DNA of 64,000 bases from Oscillospiraceae bacterium (GTDB lineage: Bacteria; Bacillota; Clostridia; UMGS1883). The position numbers and the translations under genes are program-made. Where the stretch lies: contig SVJW01000001.1 in the NCBI GenBank assembly GCA_015068735.1, forward strand, positions 9,123 through 73,122, written 5' to 3'. The notes beneath the pieces were generated by a model that was given only the letters and a program-made list of their open reading frames with translations, was not told the DNA's origin and did no database searches. Every line of letters begins with the position of its first letter. The first letter of the stretch is position 1. This document shows positions 57,084-64,000 of this stretch, piece after piece.

Positions 57084-57833
57084 ATGAACGTTAACGGTCC
57101 TAAAATACTTTTTAAAATACCGGTTTTAGGCGGAATACCTGTTACCGAAACCGTTGTAAACGGTTGGATAGTTGTAGTAATTCTTTCCGTTCTCTGCTTT
57201 TTCCTCGGAAGGAATTTATCAGCAAGAAATCCCTCAAAGAAACAAATCTTTGTTGAAAAGATATTTATAATGTTGCAAAACCTTATTAAAGGAACTATGG
57301 GCGAGCACAATATGTTCTTTCTCCCCTACATTGGTGCACTTTTTGCTTACTCAATGCTCTCAAGTCTCTGTGGTCTTGTAGGACTGAGAGCTCCTACGGG
57401 TGATTTGAATACAACGGTTGCATTTGCTCTTGTCACCTTTTTCCTGATTCAGTTCTTCAACATAAAGAACAAGGGCGTGGGCGGTTGGCTTAAAGGATTT
57501 ACAGAACCTGTTGCCGTAATTACTCCCCTTAATCTTATAAGTGAGATTGCAAGCCCGATTTCTATGGCGTTCCGTCATTTTGGTAATATTGCTTCGGGTA
57601 TTGTAATTACAGGTCTTATTTACGGAGCGTTGGCAGGTCTCAGCAATATCCTGTTGGGATGGATTCCCGTGGTTGGTTCAATACCGTTCCTGCAGGCTGG
57701 ACTTCCGGCTATTCTGTCAATTTATTTTGATGTATTCACAAGTTTCTTACAGGCTTACATTATATCCATGCTTACAATGGTGTATGTAGGCGGTGCGAAT
57801 GAACCTAAAGTGCCTGTGGCACAAAAGCAGTAA
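57084..57833 (+). CDS. atpB: F0F1 ATP synthase subunit a
   Basis: ISMAFRHFGNIASG (conserved Arg) and position in the operon. Confidence 0.9.
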   Translation: MNVNGPKILFKIPVLGGIPVTETVVNGWIVVVILSVLCFFLGRNLSARNPSKKQIFVEKIFIMLQNLIKGTMGEHNMFFLPYIGALFAYSMLSSLCGLVGLRAPTGDLNTTVAFALVTFFLIQFFNIKNKGVGGWLKGFTEPVAVITPLNLISEIASPISMAFRHFGNIASGIVITGLIYGALAGLSNILLGWIPVVGSIPFLQAGLPAILSIYFDVFTSFLQAYIISMLTMVYVGGANEPKVPVAQKQ

Positions 57834-57845
57834 TAATAATTATAA

Positions 57846-58118
<273 letters not shown>

Positions 58119-58172
58119 GAAAAATAACGGGGTGACCCTGTCACCCCATTCTAAAAATGAGGAGGTTTGGAA

Positions 58173-58679
58173 ATGGAAAAGTTCCAGAAATTCGTAGCTA
58201 TTGCCCCGTGGACAATGATTTTTACTTGGATAAACTTAATAATCCTTGTATTGGTAATGAAAAAGCTCCTTTTTAAGCCCGTTATGAATATGTTTGCTCA
58301 GAGAGAAAACGAAGTAAACTCTATGTATGCAAACGCTGAAGAAGCTCAGAAAAATGCCGAAAACATGGAGAAAGAATACTCCGAAAAGCTTTCCGCAGCA
58401 AAAGAGGAAGCATCCCGAATTATGAAGGATGCAACGCATGAAGCAGCACTTCGCGGTGAGCAGATTGTGTCAGATGCTCAGCAAAAAGCATCTGCAATCG
58501 TAACCAAGGCACAGAAAGAAATCGAGCGTGAAAAGGAAGCTGCAGTAAGCGAAATCAAGCAGGATATCGCTTCTCTGGCTGTTAATATTGCAGAAAAGGT
58601 TATTGAAAAAGATCTTAACGAAACCGATCATGAAAGGCTTTTGGAGGAGTTCATTGAAAACTCCGGTGAAGAAAAGTGA
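58173..58679 (+). CDS. atpF: F0F1 ATP synthase subunit b
   Basis: GAGGAGG upstream of ATG 58173. A single N-terminal TM helix followed by a long charged helix. Confidence 0.85.
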   Translation: MEKFQKFVAIAPWTMIFTWINLIILVLVMKKLLFKPVMNMFAQRENEVNSMYANAEEAQKNAENMEKEYSEKLSAAKEEASRIMKDATHEAALRGEQIVSDAQQKASAIVTKAQKEIEREKEAAVSEIKQDIASLAVNIAEKVIEKDLNETDHERLLEEFIENSGEEK

Positions 58680-59215
58680 AGTCGGCATCGGTAACATATG
58701 CTCATTCATTATTTTCTCTTGCAGAGGACGAAAATATTTTAGAGCAGATTTTTGAAGAATTAAATGCTCTTACCGGAATTTTCGAGAAAAATCCCGAGTA
58801 TGCAGTATTGCTTGATTCCCCCACCGTCAACACTGAGGAAAGGCTCGCCCTTATTGATGAGGCGTTTAAGGATGCCGGCGAATATGTCAGAAACTTTCTT
58901 AAAATACTTTGCGAAAAGAAATATATTCATATTTTCCCCGAGTGTGTAAAAGAGTATGAAAAGCAATACAATAAAAAGTTGGGTATTGAAAAGGTTACTG
59001 CCATAACAGCAGTTCCTCTAAGTGATGAGCTCCGCGAAAAGCTTATCAGAAAGCTTGAAAAAGAAACAGGTAAGAAAATCAAGCTTGAGCTTAAAGTGGA
59101 TAAATCAATATTGGGCGGTATAATCTTAAGAACCGAAAATTCCCAGACGGATGCAAGCGTGCGCGCGCGACTGGATAATATCCGCACACAGCTTTCATCC
59201 CAACAATTAGACTGA
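58676..59215 (+). CDS. atpH: F0F1 ATP synthase subunit delta
   Basis: The GTG start overlaps the atpF stop. YAHSLFSLA...ILGGIILR motif. Confidence 0.85.
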   Translation: MKSASVTYAHSLFSLAEDENILEQIFEELNALTGIFEKNPEYAVLLDSPTVNTEERLALIDEAFKDAGEYVRNFLKILCEKKYIHIFPECVKEYEKQYNKKLGIEKVTAITAVPLSDELREKLIRKLEKETGKKIKLELKVDKSILGGIILRTENSQTDASVRARLDNIRTQLSSQQLD

Positions 59216-59225
59216 AGGTGATATA

Positions 59226-60740
59226 ATGCAGCTTAAATCTGATGAAATCAGTAAAATTATAAAAGACCAGATAAAAAACTACTCAAACAAAATTGAGCAG
59301 AAAGAAACCGGCTATGTTGTTGAAGTCGGTGACGGTATCGCCAAGGTAAAAGGGCTTGACAACTGTATGAGTAACGAGCTTGTAGAGTTTGAAAACGGTG
59401 AAGTTGCAATGGCTCTTAACCTTGAAGAAAACCTTGTAAGCCTTGTTATTCTCGGCACAGATGCCGAAATTCGTGAGGGAGATATCGTTAAGCGTACAGG
59501 CACCGTTGTAAGTGTTCCCGTAGGCGAAGAAATGATCGGCAGAGTTGTAAACGCTCTCGGTCAGCCCATTGACGGAAAAGGCGAAATCAAGACCACAGAG
59601 CGACGCCCCATCGAAACTCCTGCTCCCGGAATTATCGAAAGAAAGTCTGTAAGCGTTCCGTTGCAGACAGGTATTAAGGCTATTGACTCCATGATTCCTA
59701 TCGGTCGCGGTCAGCGTGAGCTTATTATCGGAGACCGTCAGACAGGTAAGTCCACAATTGGTCTTGATACTATCATCAACCAGAAGGGTAAGGATGTTAT
59801 CTGTATCTATGTTGCAATAGGACAGAAAAAATCTACAGTTGCTCAGCTTGTTGATACTCTTGAAAAGAACGGTGCAATGGATTATACAACCGTTGTAGCG
59901 GCTACTGCTTCCGAGCTTGCTCCCATGCAGTATATTGCTCCCTACTCCGGCTGTGCTATCGGTGAGTACTTTATGTATCAGGGCAAAGATGTTCTTGTAG
60001 TTTACGATGACCTTTCCAAGCACGCCGTAGCTTACCGTGCACTTTCTCTTCTTATCCGCCGTCCCCCGGGACGTGAAGCATACCCCGGTGACGTATTCTA
60101 TCTTCATTCAAGATTACTTGAGCGTGCAGCCCGTCTTGCTCCCGAATACGGTGGTGGCTCGCTGACTGCTCTTCCTATAATTGAAACGCAGGCAGGTGAC
60201 GTTTCTGCATATATCCCCACCAATGTAATTTCAATTACAGACGGCCAGATATTCCTTGAAACAGAGCTTTTCCACTCCGGTGTAATGCCTGCTGTTAACC
60301 CCGGTATCTCCGTAAGCCGTGTTGGCGGTAACGCGCAGATTAAGGCTATGAAAAAGGTTGCCGGTACTCTTAAGCTTCTCTATTCACAGTATCGTGAACT
60401 TCAGTCCTTTGCTCAGTTCGGAAGCGACCTTGATCCCGATACAAAGATGCGTCTTGAACAGGGCGAAAGAATCGTTGAAGTTTTAAAGCAGGACAGAAAT
60501 GCGCCCGTAAAAGTAGAGCATCAGGTTGTAATAATCTATGCGGTAGTTAATGACTACCTTAAGGACATTGCTCCCGAGGATGTTAAAGAGTTTGAAAAAT
60601 CACTCTATGATTATGTTGATAACACATATCCCAAAATTGTTTCCAATATTGCCCAGACAGGCGCACTTTCCGTGGAAACTGAGGAATTGATTAAAACTGC
60701 GGTTAGTGAGTGTGTAGAAAAGTTTCTCTCCCGCAAATGA
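59226..60740 (+). CDS. atpA: F0F1 ATP synthase subunit alpha
   Basis: GDRQTGKS P-loop, YDDLSKHA. Confidence 0.97.
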   Translation: MQLKSDEISKIIKDQIKNYSNKIEQKETGYVVEVGDGIAKVKGLDNCMSNELVEFENGEVAMALNLEENLVSLVILGTDAEIREGDIVKRTGTVVSVPVGEEMIGRVVNALGQPIDGKGEIKTTERRPIETPAPGIIERKSVSVPLQTGIKAIDSMIPIGRGQRELIIGDRQTGKSTIGLDTIINQKGKDVICIYVAIGQKKSTVAQLVDTLEKNGAMDYTTVVAATASELAPMQYIAPYSGCAIGEYFMYQGKDVLVVYDDLSKHAVAYRALSLLIRRPPGREAYPGDVFYLHSRLLERAARLAPEYGGGSLTALPIIETQAGDVSAYIPTNVISITDGQIFLETELFHSGVMPAVNPGISVSRVGGNAQIKAMKKVAGTLKLLYSQYRELQSFAQFGSDLDPDTKMRLEQGERIVEVLKQDRNAPVKVEHQVVIIYAVVNDYLKDIAPEDVKEFEKSLYDYVDNTYPKIVSNIAQTGALSVETEELIKTAVSECVEKFLSRK

Positions 60741-60751
60741 GGTGACGCAAT

Positions 60752-61582
60752 ATGCCTTCAATGAAAGCAATTAAAAACCGAATAAAAAGCGTCGAAAACA
60801 CACGCCAGATTACAAAGGCAATGCAGCTTGTGGCAACAAGTAAAATGCGTAAGGCTAAAGAAAGAATTGAAGAAAGCAGACCTTTCTTTGAAACACTTTC
60901 CCAGGCACTTTCCGATATTTCAAGAAGTGTAAGCGACTTTTCTTCCCCTTTCACACAGGAAAAGAAAGAGGGAAAAGCCTGTCATATCGTAATTGCCGGT
61001 GACCGCGGTCTTGCAGGCGGTTATAACAACAACCTTTTTAAATCACTTGATTACAAAGACGGTGATGTAATTTTCCCAATCGGAAAAAAGGTTGTAGAAT
61101 ATTTCGGCAAAAAAGATGTTACTTTCTTTACAACGGAATATCAGATTGCCGCAGATGTTAAAATAAGCGATTGCAACAGTATCGGCCAGGCACTTGCAGA
61201 TGCTTTTGAAAAAGGTGAATTTACATCTTTGGATATTTATTACACAGGCTTTGTGAATGTTCTTTCACAAGTTCCTGCCTCGAAAGAAATTCTTCCCCTT
61301 GCGCCTTCGGATGATGGAGAAAAGAAGAAAGCTCTTATCGAATATGACCCATCGCCCGAGGCTGTATTTGCAAAGATAATTCCCCACTATATCAGCGGAA
61401 TTATTTACGGCGGAGTTTGTGAGTCTATCGCATCGGAGCTTAGCGCAAGACGTACCGCAATGGAAAATGCCACCGATAATGCAGGTGAAATTATTGACAG
61501 TCTCAGTCTGACATACAACAGAGCCAGACAGGCGGCAATCACTCAGGAACTTACTGAAATTGTGGCAGGAAGCCAAAACTGA
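60752..61582 (+). CDS. atpG: F0F1 ATP synthase subunit gamma
   Basis: MPSMKAIKNRIKSVENTRQITKAMQLVA...ITQELTEIVAG. Confidence 0.95.
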   Translation: MPSMKAIKNRIKSVENTRQITKAMQLVATSKMRKAKERIEESRPFFETLSQALSDISRSVSDFSSPFTQEKKEGKACHIVIAGDRGLAGGYNNNLFKSLDYKDGDVIFPIGKKVVEYFGKKDVTFFTTEYQIAADVKISDCNSIGQALADAFEKGEFTSLDIYYTGFVNVLSQVPASKEILPLAPSDDGEKKKALIEYDPSPEAVFAKIIPHYISGIIYGGVCESIASELSARRTAMENATDNAGEIIDSLSLTYNRARQAAITQELTEIVAGSQN

Positions 61583-61627
61583 TAAGGGGAATTCCCTTAA
61601 CAATCCCCTAATTAAAGAAAGGATTGA

Positions 61628-63025
<1,398 letters not shown>

Positions 63026-63029
63026 TAAT

Positions 63030-63434
63030 ATGAACGCATTTGATTTACAAATAGTTACTCCCGACGGAATGCTTTTCGACGGGAAGGCTCAAAAAATTAT
63101 CCTTCGTACAACCGAGGGTGACGTTGGTATTCTTGCCAAGCATTCAAACTACGTTGCGGCACTTTCCATAGGTGTTGCCAAGGTAGTTACTGAAGATGGT
63201 GAAAAAACTGCAGCTTGCTCCGGTGGTATGGTCAGCGTAACCGACGGTGTTGTTAGGGTTGTTGCCTCCACTTTTGAATGGAGCGATGACATCGACATTG
63301 CCCGTGCTGAAAAGGCAAAGGAAAAAGCTGAAACAAGGCTTGAAAGCACAAAGGCAAGCGATTTTGAGCATAAACTGGCTGAAATAAAGCTGAAGAAAGC
63401 TCTTATAAGGCTTCGGGTATCTTCTAAAAATTAA
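63030..63434 (+). CDS. atpC: F0F1 ATP synthase subunit epsilon
   Basis: Start trimmed to ATG 63030, giving MNAFDLQIVTPDGMLFDG. Confidence 0.9.
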   Translation: MNAFDLQIVTPDGMLFDGKAQKIILRTTEGDVGILAKHSNYVAALSIGVAKVVTEDGEKTAACSGGMVSVTDGVVRVVASTFEWSDDIDIARAEKAKEKAETRLESTKASDFEHKLAEIKLKKALIRLRVSSKN

Positions 63435-63439
63435 AATTA

Positions 63440-63468
63440 AAAGGGCTGTAAAATTACAGCCCTTTTTT
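63440..63468 (+). terminator. Rho-independent terminator after the atp operon
   Basis: aaagggctgta-aaat-tacagcccttt hairpin followed by TTT. Confidence 0.8.
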
Positions 63469-63482
63469 CAAGGATTGATTAT

Positions 63483-64000
63483 ATGAATTATCCCTATCTT
63501 CCAGAAGAAAAAGTTACACTTTTTATAGCTGATACAAAAATTCCCGACGCTGCGGTTATTACACCGCCGTCAATTGATGTATTGCCAACCGCAATGCGCC
63601 GTCATGCAGATTTGGGAATTGTAATTATTTCCTCAAAAAAGGCAGTATGTCCTCCTGAAACTTACGCATACTATAAAAACGCACTCTCTCCCTACGGATT
63701 TGAAATTATCAAGGGGAAAACCCACATAGAGAGTCACTACCCGAAAGATAGCGCATATAATGTTGGTATAGTCGGAAAAAAATGTTTCCTCAACAAAAAG
63801 GTATGCGACAAGCTTCTTTTTGATATACTTATCAGCGAGGGGTATGAAATTATCGAGGTTAAGCAGGGATATACAAAATGCTCTATTTGTCCGATAGATG
63901 AAAACTCCTTTATTACAGGAGACGTTTCAATCTACAAAGCAGGAAAAGAAGAAAAAATGGATGTGCTTCTCATATCAAATGATAACATATCTCTCCCCGG
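63483..64000 (+). CDS. Conserved hypothetical protein, N-terminal fragment (continues past the window end)
   Basis: AAGGA 8 nt upstream of ATG 63483. The frame stays open to the window edge: MNYPYLPEEKVTLFIADTKIPDAAVITPPSIDVLPTAMRRHADLGIVII... It is not in the ORF track because it has no stop. No domain recognised. Confidence 0.5.
   Translation, partial: MNYPYLPEEKVTLFIADTKIPDAAVITPPSIDVLPTAMRRHADLGIVIISSKKAVCPPETYAYYKNALSPYGFEIIKGKTHIESHYPKDSAYNVGIVGKKCFLNKKVCDKLLFDILISEGYEIIEVKQGYTKCSICPIDENSFITGDVSIYKAGKEEKMDVLLISNDNISLP

Noticed and set aside
59283-60107. 274-aa ORF antisense to atpA
   Set aside because: Shadow ORF opposite atpA.

Overview
The window looks like chromosomal DNA from a low-GC, spore-forming Firmicute, probably a Clostridia / Oscillospiraceae-like organism. 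This is judged from gene content and gene order only; no taxonomy search was possible. About two thirds of it is conserved housekeeping: ylxM-ffh-rpsP-KH, rpsB-tsf, glyA, ispG-polC, lgt, rdgB, an ABC-F ATPase, trpS, tagO-mnaA and a complete F1Fo ATP synthase operon (atpZ-I-B-E-F-H-A-G-D-C). The main accessory element is a ~22 kb polysaccharide (capsule / O-antigen-like) locus at 27.7-49.5 kb, with all genes on the minus strand. It is Wzx/Wzy-dependent and contains three notable modules. The first is an rmlA-rmlB-DegT-acetyltransferase-WecF-like module for a dTDP-4-amino-4,6-dideoxyhexose. The second is a uronic acid module (ugd, UDP-GlcA 4-epimerase-like, and a D-glucuronyl C5-epimerase homologue). 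The third is an unusual block of two ATP-grasp ligases plus PLP-fold proteins. A second small accessory patch at 10.7-12.6 kb encodes two secreted or lipid-anchored proteins of unknown function. Four well-supported genes fall below the 60-aa cutoff of the ORF track: a 59-aa peptide, spoVM (23 aa), a 49-aa membrane peptide and a 40-aa YjcZ-like Cys/Gly/Asn-rich peptide. PolC at the canonical ispG-polC locus appears to lack the inserted proofreading exonuclease domain. I found no rRNA, tRNA, CRISPR array, transposase or integrase. All promoter and terminator calls are consensus or hairpin readings by eye. All functional calls are motif-level recognition without database searches.
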